Part shown: positions 20,724 through 28,895 of the stretch, piece by piece | Layout of the letters: each line of letters opens with the position of its first letter | Position numbering within the stretch: the first letter of the stretch is position 1 | Source of the DNA: Ostreococcus lucimarinus | Taxonomy: Eukaryota | Assembly (NCBI GenBank): GCA_000092065.1 | Contig: CP000584.1 | DNA: 64,000 bases | Reading direction: 5' to 3' (one strand) | Notes under the pieces: generated by a model | What the model saw: only the letters and a program-made list of their open reading frames with translations | Databases searched by the model: none | Told to the model about the DNA's origin: nothing | Program-made: the position numbers and the translations under genes

Positions 20724-22463
20724 GATGAACGCACTCGCTTTGAGTTGGCGTTGGAATGCGGTAACATCGAAGTCGCCCTCACTAGCGCTCAAGAGATCGA
20801 CGACAAAGACACATGGCACAAGCTTGGTGTTGCGGCGTTGAATCAAGGTAACCACCAAATCGTTGAGTTTGCGTACCAAAAGACGAAGAATTTTGAGCGT
20901 CTTTCATTCTTGTACCTCATCACCGGTAACCTCGAAAAGTTGAGTAAGATGTTGAAGATCTCGGAAATGCGCGCCGATGTCATGGGACAGTTCCACAACG
21001 CACTCTACTTGGGTGACGTAGCCGAGCGAGTCAAGGTGCTTGAGAATGTTGGCCACTACCCGCTCGCGTACTTAACCGCCAAGACACATGGATTGGAAGA
21101 CGATGCAGCGCGCATAGCAGAAACATTAAACGAGAACGGTGCCGCTATTCCAGACGTGAGTGGCTTAGGAAAGCTGCTTCAACCGCCCGCTCCCTTGTTT
21201 AGAGGGGATAACTGGCCGTTGTTGCCGGTGTCCAAGGGATTCTTCGAAGGTGTTCTATCTGGCGAGATCGCTGGCGACGAGTACGCTGAAGATGATGTCA
21301 TGGGCATGGGTGGTGTTGGTCTTGGATGGGGTGACGCTGACATTGATATCGGTGACGACGAGCGCGTCGATCCGCTCGCCAAGGCTGGTATTGCGCCCGA
21401 TGTTGAGTTCGACGACGTCGACAATGAAAACGATGGCTGGGGCATGGATGAATTAGAACTACCGGAAGAGTTGATGGGTGGTGCAGTGGATGACACTGGC
21501 GCTGAAACGTTTCATAGCGATGTCTTCATCGCACCAACCGCCGGCGTTCCGCCGTCGCGACGATGGACTGAGAAGAGTGCCGTTGCCGGCGAGCACGTGG
21601 CTGCGGGCGATTTCGATAGCGCCATGAAATTGCTTAGCCGTCAGTTAGGGATCGTCAATTTCGCTCCACTCAAGCAACATTTCGTGGATTTGGCGTATGC
21701 GTCGCATGTGACCCTCGAGGGCATGCCCGCAAGTCCCAAGATACCGATGCCGCTCGGCCGCGGCTGGTCTTCGCGCGCAACGGGTGTTTTGCCGCCTGCG
21801 ATGATCTGTTCTCCGGAAATTCTCCAGGAACGCCTCAAGTCCGCTTTCAAGTTAACTACTGAAGGCAAGTTTGTGGAAGCTTTGAAAGTGTTTGTCGGTA
21901 TCATTCACGCGATCACCTTGTTGAGCGTGGAGGATCCGAGCGAAGTTGAGGACGTGGAACAGCTCTTGAAGGTGGCTCGCGAATACGCGTGTGCGCTGAG
22001 GATTGAGATTGCTAGAAAGGAAGTCAAGGATGACGCGACTCGACAAGCTGAGCTCGCCGCGTATTTTACGCACTCTGAGATGCAGCCGATTCACCTGTCT
22101 CTTTCTCTGCGATCGGCAATGTCAATTTTCTTCAAGCTGAAGAACTATGTCACCGCCGCAACGTTCTGCCGTCGATTACTTGAACTCAACCCGCCTGTCA
22201 AGGTGGCTACGCAAGCGAAACAAGTGTTACAAGCGTGCGAACGAGCACCTAAGGATGAGGTCGAGGTCAACTACGATCCTCACAATCCGTTCGCCGTTTG
22301 CTCTGCTACCTTTGTTCCAATTTACAAGGGGACGAAGGACTGCGTGTGCCCTACGTGTGGTGCGCACTACGTCGTGGAAGAAGCAGGGAACGTTTGCGGT
22401 GTGTGTAACTTAGGCAAAATCGGAGCGGATGCGACGGGACTGGTGTGTTCTGCGGCGCGTTAG
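20724..22463 (+). CDS. COPA: Coatomer subunit alpha (COPA), exon 4 of 4
   Basis: DERTRFELALECGNIEVAL...LSFLYLITGNLEKL...NWPLLPVSKGFFEG... matches the COPA C-terminal half through to the stop. Total about 1222 aa, consistent with COPA. Confidence 0.85.
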   Translation, partial: DERTRFELALECGNIEVALTSAQEIDDKDTWHKLGVAALNQGNHQIVEFAYQKTKNFERLSFLYLITGNLEKLSKMLKISEMRADVMGQFHNALYLGDVAERVKVLENVGHYPLAYLTAKTHGLEDDAARIAETLNENGAAIPDVSGLGKLLQPPAPLFRGDNWPLLPVSKGFFEGVLSGEIAGDEYAEDDVMGMGGVGLGWGDADIDIGDDERVDPLAKAGIAPDVEFDDVDNENDGWGMDELELPEELMGGAVDDTGAETFHSDVFIAPTAGVPPSRRWTEKSAVAGEHVAAGDFDSAMKLLSRQLGIVNFAPLKQHFVDLAYASHVTLEGMPASPKIPMPLGRGWSSRATGVLPPAMICSPEILQERLKSAFKLTTEGKFVEALKVFVGIIHAITLLSVEDPSEVEDVEQLLKVAREYACALRIEIARKEVKDDATRQAELAAYFTHSEMQPIHLSLSLRSAMSIFFKLKNYVTAATFCRRLLELNPPVKVATQAKQVLQACERAPKDEVEVNYDPHNPFAVCSATFVPIYKGTKDCVCPTCGAHYVVEEAGNVCGVCNLGKIGADATGLVCSAAR

Positions 22464-22610
22464 GCCTTAGCTTTTGAATGACAAAGTCTGTGCTTAATTG
22501 ATACACTCGCGGATTGTTGAGGATACGCGCCGTCACTGCGCGCTCAACTCTCCGCCTAATTCTAGTTTGCATTTCGTTTCTACCAAAGAATATCGACGCT
22601 TTTGATAATA

Positions 22611-23339
22611 TCAAAGCGGAGAAGAATCCGAACTCATCGACACTAGCCCTTCGACGGAGGGAGTCGGCGTGATCCGACTGCGTAAGCGTTCTGAGCTTGG
22701 GTACAAGAAAATAAGAACGACCTGTACGATGGAGAGCACAGAACCGAAAAGATTCGGCGCGGCGATCCACCAGTCGTTCAACGCTATGCCATACGTGGTC
22801 CAGCACAGGCCATTGAGTCCGTTGCAAAACACCAGAGGAAAGTGCATGGACTTTGAATCCTTCGTCCTGACGACTTCCGCCATCGTCGACAGCGGCGCCG
22901 AGTAGTACACCACCAGAATCAAGTTTGCCAAGATCCCAGCCACCACAAGGCGCGCGCTCTCGCTCGAATTCTTCATCACACAACTCACTACCATCCCTAT
23001 GAAACTAACCAAGATGATTAATACCGCAACTATGCGTTCCATCGTTCCCCGTATCTTCTCGTCGAGCGCATACGCCACAAAAGAGTAATACGTCCCGCAA
23101 AAGTATCCAGTAAAGTTTGGAATATACACCCAATAGTTCCCACTGATACCACCGTAAATCATCCACGCCGCGCAATTCGCCGCCACGAACGGATACGGCA
23201 GCGCGTTCAGGTGTCCGAGCGAGCGCTTCGTCTTGCACCGCTCGATTTCCGGGAACGGGCTCAGAAACATGACCTGGGCCAACGCGCTCCCCAACGCCGG
23301 CGCGAACCAAAGCGTGAGGGCATCTCGCGTGTCGCCCAT
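22611..23339 (-). CDS. SWEET sugar transporter (MtN3/saliva family)
   Basis: Seven-TM protein with two MtN3 repeats (PLSTMAEVVRTKDSKSMHFPLVFCNGLNGLCWTTYG). The track start is GTG at 23360; first ATG at 23339 (MGDTRDALTLWFAPALG). Confidence 0.8.
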   Translation of the reverse strand: MGDTRDALTLWFAPALGSALAQVMFLSPFPEIERCKTKRSLGHLNALPYPFVAANCAAWMIYGGISGNYWVYIPNFTGYFCGTYYSFVAYALDEKIRGTMERIVAVLIILVSFIGMVVSCVMKNSSESARLVVAGILANLILVVYYSAPLSTMAEVVRTKDSKSMHFPLVFCNGLNGLCWTTYGIALNDWWIAAPNLFGSVLSIVQVVLIFLYPSSERLRSRITPTPSVEGLVSMSSDSSPL

Positions 23340-23508
23340 GACGCGCGACGTGTGACGCACGTACGCTTACGTCGCGCACCTCGTCCTCGTGACCGTGCGA
23401 ACGCGCTGATGCGCGGCAACGCGGCGCACTTTGACGTCCGACGCGTTTGTCCCGCTCGAGACACTTTTTTGCCCGCACGCTCGGGACACCGCGACGCGCG
23501 TGTCGGCG

Positions 23509-23748
23509 ATGCACCCGCCGCTGACGCTGGACAAGCACCCGATCTGCCGCGAAGCCGTCATCGCTCTCAAGCGCTGTCACGCCGAAAACGCCCTGGGCAA
23601 GTTCCTCGGGAAGTGCAACGAAGAAAAGTGGACGCTCGACGCGTGCCTGAAGGAGCAAAAGCTGTGGAAGAGTCGAAGAAACTTGAAGCTCGCGCGCGAG
23701 TCCAAGGCGCGATTGGCGAAAAAACTCGAGGAAGAGCGAGCGAAGTGA
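23509..23748 (+). CDS. CMC2: COX assembly mitochondrial protein 2 homolog (CMC2, twin Cx9C)
   Basis: 79 aa, the same length as human CMC2. MHPPLTLDKHPICREAVIALKRCHAENALGKFLGKCNEEKWTLDACLKEQ aligns with human [51 protein letters not shown]. Two Cx9C motifs present. ATG at 23509 (aa 27 of track ORF 23431..23748). Confidence 0.8.
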   Translation: MHPPLTLDKHPICREAVIALKRCHAENALGKFLGKCNEEKWTLDACLKEQKLWKSRRNLKLARESKARLAKKLEEERAK

Positions 23749-23759
23749 GACCTCGAGCG

Positions 23760-24332
23760 ATGACGAGGGTTCTCATCGGAGTGTCAGGATCCGTGGCGGC
23801 GATCAAGTTCGACGAGCTCGCGCGCGAGCGGTGGAGCGCGAGCGGCGAGTGTGAGGTTCGGTTCGTGTTCACAGATAACGCGTTGAAGTTCATCGATGCG
23901 GAAGATATCGCACGAGCGGAAGAAAATAACATAAAAACTTTCACCGATCACGACGAGTGGCGTGAATGGGGCGAAAAGGGCGATCCCGTGATGCATATCG
24001 AGTTGGTCAAGTGGGCTGACGTCTTCGTCTTGGCGCCACTCAGCGCAAACACCCTGGCTAAAATCGCCAACGGGTTGTGTGATAATCTCCTCACGTGTGT
24101 ATTTCGCGCGTGGGATTTTAAAGACCCCGCCAAACGCGTGTTCATAGCGCCCGCGATGAACACAAAGATGTGGGAGAGCCCGTTCACCGAGCGACATTTG
24201 CGCTCGGCGCGCGAGCTCGGCGTCGTCGTCGTTCCGCCGATCGAGAAGCACCTCGCGTGCGGTGACTTTGGCGTCGGCGCCATGGCGGAGGTCTCCACCA
24301 TCGCCGAAGTCGTGCGGTCGCCTCCGGCGTAA
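23760..24332 (+). CDS. Phosphopantothenoylcysteine decarboxylase (HAL3/PPCDC flavoprotein)
   Basis: 190 aa. Motifs LIGVSGSVAAIK, VFVLAPLSANTLAKIANGLCDNLLTCV and PAMNTKMW match PPCDC/HAL3. ATG at 23760, 11 nt after the CMC2 stop and in a different frame. The upstream 180 aa of track ORF 23211..24332 is Arg-rich noise. Confidence 0.85.
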   Translation: MTRVLIGVSGSVAAIKFDELARERWSASGECEVRFVFTDNALKFIDAEDIARAEENNIKTFTDHDEWREWGEKGDPVMHIELVKWADVFVLAPLSANTLAKIANGLCDNLLTCVFRAWDFKDPAKRVFIAPAMNTKMWESPFTERHLRSARELGVVVVPPIEKHLACGDFGVGAMAEVSTIAEVVRSPPA

Positions 24333-24494
24333 CCCGTCCTAGCTCATCATTGTTTCCCCGCGCGTCGTGTGTTGTGCAATAGAGATAGAAAAAAGCGAAA
24401 AAAACCCGACGGCTCGACGTCACCACCATAGCTCGTGCGCCTCGCGACGCCACACCGCGCTCGTCGACGATCGACGTCGCGCCGGACGCGCGCG

Positions 24495-26030
24495 ATGCAC
24501 AGAACATTCGTCAGGTCGGCCATGCACCGCCGCGTCGTCGCCGCCGCCGCCGCGCGCACGCGCACGACGTCATCCTCGTCCTCGTCCTCGCCGCTCGCCG
24601 CGAGCGTCGTCGCGCGACGTTGGACGCCCGGACGTCCCGCGCAGCGCGCGACGCTCGCCACGCGAGCGAGCGCAACGAGCGAAGCGCCCGCGTTGAATGC
24701 GTCGGGGGAGACGAACAAGGCGCTGGCGTGGAAGGCGGCGATCGATTTCAAGTTTGTGCGGGACAACGCCGAGTTGGTGCAAAAGAACGCGACGACGAGA
24801 AAGGTGGACGTGGATGTGCAGGAAATCATCGCGAAATACGAGGCGTTGAACGCGTTGAACTTTAAGTGCGATGAACTTCGCGAGCGTCGAAACGCGAACG
24901 CGAAGAGCATGAAGGGGAAGATGGATAAAGAGGTTCGGGACGGGTTGATTGCCGAGGGCAAGGCGATTAAGGACGAGCTCGCGGCGCTCGAAGGCGATCT
25001 CGCCGGACTCGAGAGCGAGTTACAAACCATGGCGCAGAGGTTGCCAAACTTGACACACCCGGATGTGCCGATCGGCAGCGAAGAAAATACGGTGACTCGG
25101 GCGACGGTGGGTGAGCAGCGCGCGTTTACGTTTCCAGTGCAAAATCACGTCGACGTCGGCGAAAAGCTTGGGATGTTCGACTTCGAGACTGGAAGCAAGG
25201 TGAGTGGTAGTCGTTTCGTCTACCTCACCGGTGTTGGAGCTATGCTTGAGTTAGCTCTGATCAACTGGGCGTTCGCCAAGGTTTTGAGCAAAGGTTTCAA
25301 GCCCATGATGGTGCCAGACATGGTGCGTAGCAGCGTGGTGGAGAAGTGCGGATTCCAGCCGCGGGCAGAGAACACGCAAGTGTATAGCATTGAAAACTCC
25401 GATCTCTGTATGGCGGGTACGGCTGAACTATTATTGGGTGGAGTATACATGGATGAAGTTGTGGAAGAATCGCAACTCCCTATCAAAATGGCGGCCTTCA
25501 GTCATTGTTTCCGCACTGAAGCCGGCGCCGCCGGCGCGCAGACTCGGGGCATGTATCGTTTGCATCAGTTTAGCAAGGTGGAGATGTTCGTCGTGGCCAC
25601 GCCTGAGCAATCTGACGCACTTCACGAGGAGCTCATCGGCATCGAGACTGAAATGTTTGCAGAGCTCGGCTTCCACTTCAAAGTTTTGGACATGCCCACG
25701 GAGGACTTAGGCGCACCGGCATATCGCAAATTCGACGTCGAAGCGTGGATGCCCGCGCTCGAACGGTACGGCGAAATTTCGAGTGCCTCGAACTGCACGG
25801 ATTATCAAGCGAGGCGGCTGAATATAAAGTACAGACCGAATGCCGTCGATGGCAAGAAGCAGCCGCTTATGCACTGCCACACTCTCAACGCGACGGCGTG
25901 CGCGATTCCTCGTATGATCGTCACCATCCTCGAAAATTTCCAGCAAGAAGATGGAAGCGTCGTCGTACCCGAGCCGTTGCGACCGTACCTCGGTGGCATG
26001 GATGTTTTGCGTCCGGAAGAGGGGAAATAG
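24495..26030 (+). CDS. Seryl-tRNA synthetase, organellar
   Basis: Class II aaRS motifs (GSRFVYLTGVGAMLELALINWA, FSHCFRTEAGAAGAQTRGMYRLHQFSKVEMF, GEISSASNCTDYQARRLNIKY) and an N-terminal Ser/Arg/Ala-rich transit peptide. The track start is GTG at 24435; first ATG at 24495. Confidence 0.85.
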   Translation: MHRTFVRSAMHRRVVAAAAARTRTTSSSSSSSPLAASVVARRWTPGRPAQRATLATRASATSEAPALNASGETNKALAWKAAIDFKFVRDNAELVQKNATTRKVDVDVQEIIAKYEALNALNFKCDELRERRNANAKSMKGKMDKEVRDGLIAEGKAIKDELAALEGDLAGLESELQTMAQRLPNLTHPDVPIGSEENTVTRATVGEQRAFTFPVQNHVDVGEKLGMFDFETGSKVSGSRFVYLTGVGAMLELALINWAFAKVLSKGFKPMMVPDMVRSSVVEKCGFQPRAENTQVYSIENSDLCMAGTAELLLGGVYMDEVVEESQLPIKMAAFSHCFRTEAGAAGAQTRGMYRLHQFSKVEMFVVATPEQSDALHEELIGIETEMFAELGFHFKVLDMPTEDLGAPAYRKFDVEAWMPALERYGEISSASNCTDYQARRLNIKYRPNAVDGKKQPLMHCHTLNATACAIPRMIVTILENFQQEDGSVVVPEPLRPYLGGMDVLRPEEGK

Positions 26031-26107
26031 GCAGCTGCAGCATATATTTCGTGTGATAATATAAGAGTTATTGATGAATTGACCGATTTACATCGAGCGC
26101 GTTGCGA

Positions 26108-27160
26108 TTAATTGTTCTTCCAGTTCTCGATCCACGCTTGTGCCTCATCAGCCTTAGTGGCAGACTTGGTCGGCTTGGCTGGAGCGCTGGCCACGGTTTT
26201 CGCCGGGGTGCTAGACACTGTGGTAGTCTTCGTCGCCGCCGTCGATACGGACGGTTGACCCTCTCTGCGGTTTGAGTATGCGAACAGACCGAGACCGAGA
26301 CCGGTGGCAATGATGGAGAGCGGGTTCACGCGGCTCACCTTCTTCGGGCGCGGAGCCGGCTTGGCCGCCTTCTTCACCGCCGGCTTGGCAACCTTCTTCG
26401 TGACGGACTTGACCGGTCGGGTAACCTTCTTGGTAGATTTGGTCTTCGCCTTCGCCGCCGCCGGCTTGGTGGTCGTCGCCGTTGCCGCCGCCGGCGTCGT
26501 GGTCTTGATCGGCGTCGTCACCGGCTTTGCCGCCGCCGGCGTGGTGGTCGCCGCCTTGGCCGGCTTGGCGGTCGCCGCCGCCTTGGTCGCCGCCGGCGTC
26601 TTTGTCGCCGCCGCCTTGGTCGCCGCCGGCGTCTTTGTCGCCGGGGCAGCCTTCGGCGCCGGGGCCGTCACAGTCGGGGCCGACTTCTTGGCCGCCGCCG
26701 GCTTTTTCGTCGTCGGCTTCTTGGTCGCAGCGCCCGCCGCTGCCGCCGCCTTCGTTTGGGCCGGAGTCTTCGTCTTCTTCACTTCTGCGGCAGACTTAAG
26801 TGCAGTTCCCTTCAATCGGTTCGGTTCCGCGCGCTTCGGCGCAACCTTTTGGTATCGCGCCGCAGCCGCTTGCTCCAACTCCTTGCGTTGCTTCGGAGTG
26901 AGCGTCGCCTTGGCCGACGTGCGCTTCACCTTGATTTGCACATCCGGCGCAACCTTAGCTTTCGTGGACTTCACCTTTGCCGCAGACTGAACGCCCTCTC
27001 TTCGCGCCGCCGGCGACGTCGCCGTCGTGGCCAACGCCGGCTCCACGGACGTCGTCGCGAGCGTCAGCGCGAGCGCCGCCGCGAACGCCTTCCCCGCTGC
27101 GCCTTCTTCGCTCGCACTCGCGCGCACGACCACCGCGCTTCGCGCGTTGGAACGTCGAAC
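26108..27160 (-). CDS. Lys/Ala/Pro/Thr-rich low-complexity protein, paralog 1, exon 2
   Basis: ORF 26108..27133 extended 9 codons upstream to a TAG| acceptor. The exon opens with a transit-peptide-like stretch, then a hydrophobic segment AAALALTLATTSVEPALA, then about 250 aa of AKP/TKP-type basic repeats (histone-H1-tail-like or mucin-like), then a predicted TM helix (VNPLSIIATGLGLGLFAYS) and a 50 aa tail. Confidence 0.55.
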   Translation of the reverse strand, partial: VRRSNARSAVVVRASASEEGAAGKAFAAALALTLATTSVEPALATTATSPAARREGVQSAAKVKSTKAKVAPDVQIKVKRTSAKATLTPKQRKELEQAAAARYQKVAPKRAEPNRLKGTALKSAAEVKKTKTPAQTKAAAAAGAATKKPTTKKPAAAKKSAPTVTAPAPKAAPATKTPAATKAAATKTPAATKAAATAKPAKAATTTPAAAKPVTTPIKTTTPAAATATTTKPAAAKAKTKSTKKVTRPVKSVTKKVAKPAVKKAAKPAPRPKKVSRVNPLSIIATGLGLGLFAYSNRREGQPSVSTAATKTTTVSSTPAKTVASAPAKPTKSATKADEAQAWIENWKNN

Positions 27161-27343
27161 CTACGCGTGTAATAGTTATCTTCGCCGTCAGTCGTCCGTC
27201 TCGCGCGTCTTCGCTCGCGACGCGTCGCAAATCGCCGATAAAGTCGCGACGCGTCCCGATAGATCGTCTTCGCCTCGAAACAACCATCGGCAACGCTCGC
27301 GCGCGTTCTCGAGCGCGATGCGGGCGCGCGCGCGCGCGCGTAC

Positions 27344-27400
27344 CTTGACAACCTTCGTGGGCGTCACTCGCGCGGTGAGCGCGTTCATCGAGGCCAACAT
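27344..27400 (-). CDS. Lys/Ala/Pro/Thr-rich protein, paralog 1, exon 1 (mini-exon)
   Basis: ATG at 27400 within track ORF 27188..27532 (-). It encodes MLASMNALTARVTPTKVVK followed by a GTACGC donor. The peptide is conserved with paralog 2 exon 1 (M.xSMxALxARVxxK). The intron is about 183 bp and begins with a (GC)n run. Confidence 0.5.
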
Positions 27401-27759
27401 GATCGTCTGAGCGTCGAGAAATAGCGAAAGCCATGACGTCATGCCGACGTCGATCCCCAGCCTCGCCGGCACGCGGGCGCTTTTTGGTCTTTGCGGGACG
27501 CTCGCGGGAAGACGGAGCGAGCGATGGAGCATCGGGACGCTCGAATCGAGAAAAGCGAGCGAACGGCGCGCGCGGTGATCGTAGATAGAGGATATGGACA
27601 GAATGCGTATTGAGAAAGTACTCTCGAGTTCGCCAGTCGACGAGGCGCCGCGGGCGCTAGCGCCCCGGCGAGTCGAGAGAATTCAGAGCCACATTTGCCA
27701 TTTATGCACGCGCGATCAAATATCGACAGCGCGCAATTGAGAGATCACACGCGTATAGC

Positions 27760-28251
27760 TTACTTTCTGCGTTGCGCCGGGGAAGTCGTCTTGGACTTCT
27801 TCGCCGCGACGGGGGCAGTCTTGGAGGACTTGCGAACGGTCTTGACCGGCTTGCGCGCGGACTTGACGGTGCGCTTGACGGTCTTGCGCGCGGCCGGGGC
27901 GGCGGCGGTGCTCGTCTTGGAGCGAACGCGCTTCGTCGTGCGCTTCTTGGTCGTCGCAACCGGGGTGGTCTTCTTCGCCTTGTACGCGGTGGCCTTCTTA
28001 GCCTTCACCCCCGGGGCCGCCGCCGGAGCCGGCTTCGCCGTCTTCGGGGACACCGCCGCGGCCGAGCGCTTGCCCGATCGTCGCGCCGCCGGGGACGTCG
28101 TGGACGTCGCGAACGACGGTTCGACCGACGTCGCGGAGAGCGTCAACGCGAGCGCCGCCGAGAACGCGGCCCGCGCGAAGGACGCGCCTTGAGTTTCGCC
28201 CTCCTCCTTCGCGGCGCGCACCGCGAAGCTCTTCGCCTGCGTCTTGCGTCC
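27760..28251 (-). CDS. Lys/Ala/Pro/Thr-rich low-complexity protein, paralog 2, exon 2
   Basis: ORF 27760..28281 (-). The N-terminal region AAFSAALALTLSATSVEPSFATSTTSPAARR is paralogous to paralog 1 and is followed by K/A/T/P/R-rich basic low complexity. The exon start (acceptor after CAG at about 28252 or 28237) is approximate. Confidence 0.5.
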   Translation of the reverse strand, partial: GRKTQAKSFAVRAAKEEGETQGASFARAAFSAALALTLSATSVEPSFATSTTSPAARRSGKRSAAAVSPKTAKPAPAAAPGVKAKKATAYKAKKTTPVATTKKRTTKRVRSKTSTAAAPAARKTVKRTVKSARKPVKTVRKSSKTAPVAAKKSKTTSPAQRRK

Positions 28252-28483
28252 CTGTTCGCGTCGCGTTCGCGTTTCGCCCATCGTCAGTCCTCTCGCGGGT
28301 GTTTCTCTCGCGTCTCGCGGGTGTTTCTCTCGCCCGTCCCGTCTCGCTCGCGGTCCCGTCTCGCTCGCGCCTCGTGGATAGGGTCCGCGACGATCGCGCG
28401 CTCGCGCGTCGTCCCTCGCCGCGTCTCGGGTCCGCGCGTCCCCCCTGCGCGACGCGGTCTCCGGTTCGCGTTCGGGCGCGCAC

Positions 28484-28537
28484 CTGCGCGGACTTGGTCG
28501 CGACGCGCGCCCTGAGCGCCGTCATCGAGGTGGACAT
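28484..28537 (-). CDS. Lys/Ala/Pro/Thr-rich protein, paralog 2, exon 1 (mini-exon)
   Basis: Within track ORF 27998..28546 (-). ATG at 28537 gives MSTSMTALRARVATKSAQ followed by a GTGCGC donor. It aligns with paralog 1 exon 1. Confidence 0.45.
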
Positions 28538-28895
28538 GGTGAACATCGTGCGAGCGTGCTTGCGTGCGGGAAGTGCGGATTCGGATTATTCGGCGGCGGG
28601 ATTCGATGCGCGGCGGGCGATCGCGGGGGGGTCACGACGAGTCACGAACGGTCGATGACGATTTTCGTTCGTTTTCGACCTCGAAAAAGCGCGCCGCGCG
28701 AAAAGACGCGCGGGTCCGGCGATCGATCGGATCGATCGCGCGCGCGATCGACGCCCGCGCGCGGTCGAACTTCGAACGGCGCGCGGCGATGGATGCGGCG
28801 ATGGATGCGCGCGTGGAACGATGCGGATGCGCGCGCGGATGACGGCGTGACGACGGGAGACGACGACGGCGCGACCGGGCGTCGCGTCGGTCGAC

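Noticed and set aside
22351-22983. 210 aa minus-strand ORF spanning the COPA 3' end and SWEET gene 3' half.
   Set aside because: It is in a different frame from SWEET on the same strand and overlaps the COPA stop region. There is no domain signature, so it is treated as a frame artefact.
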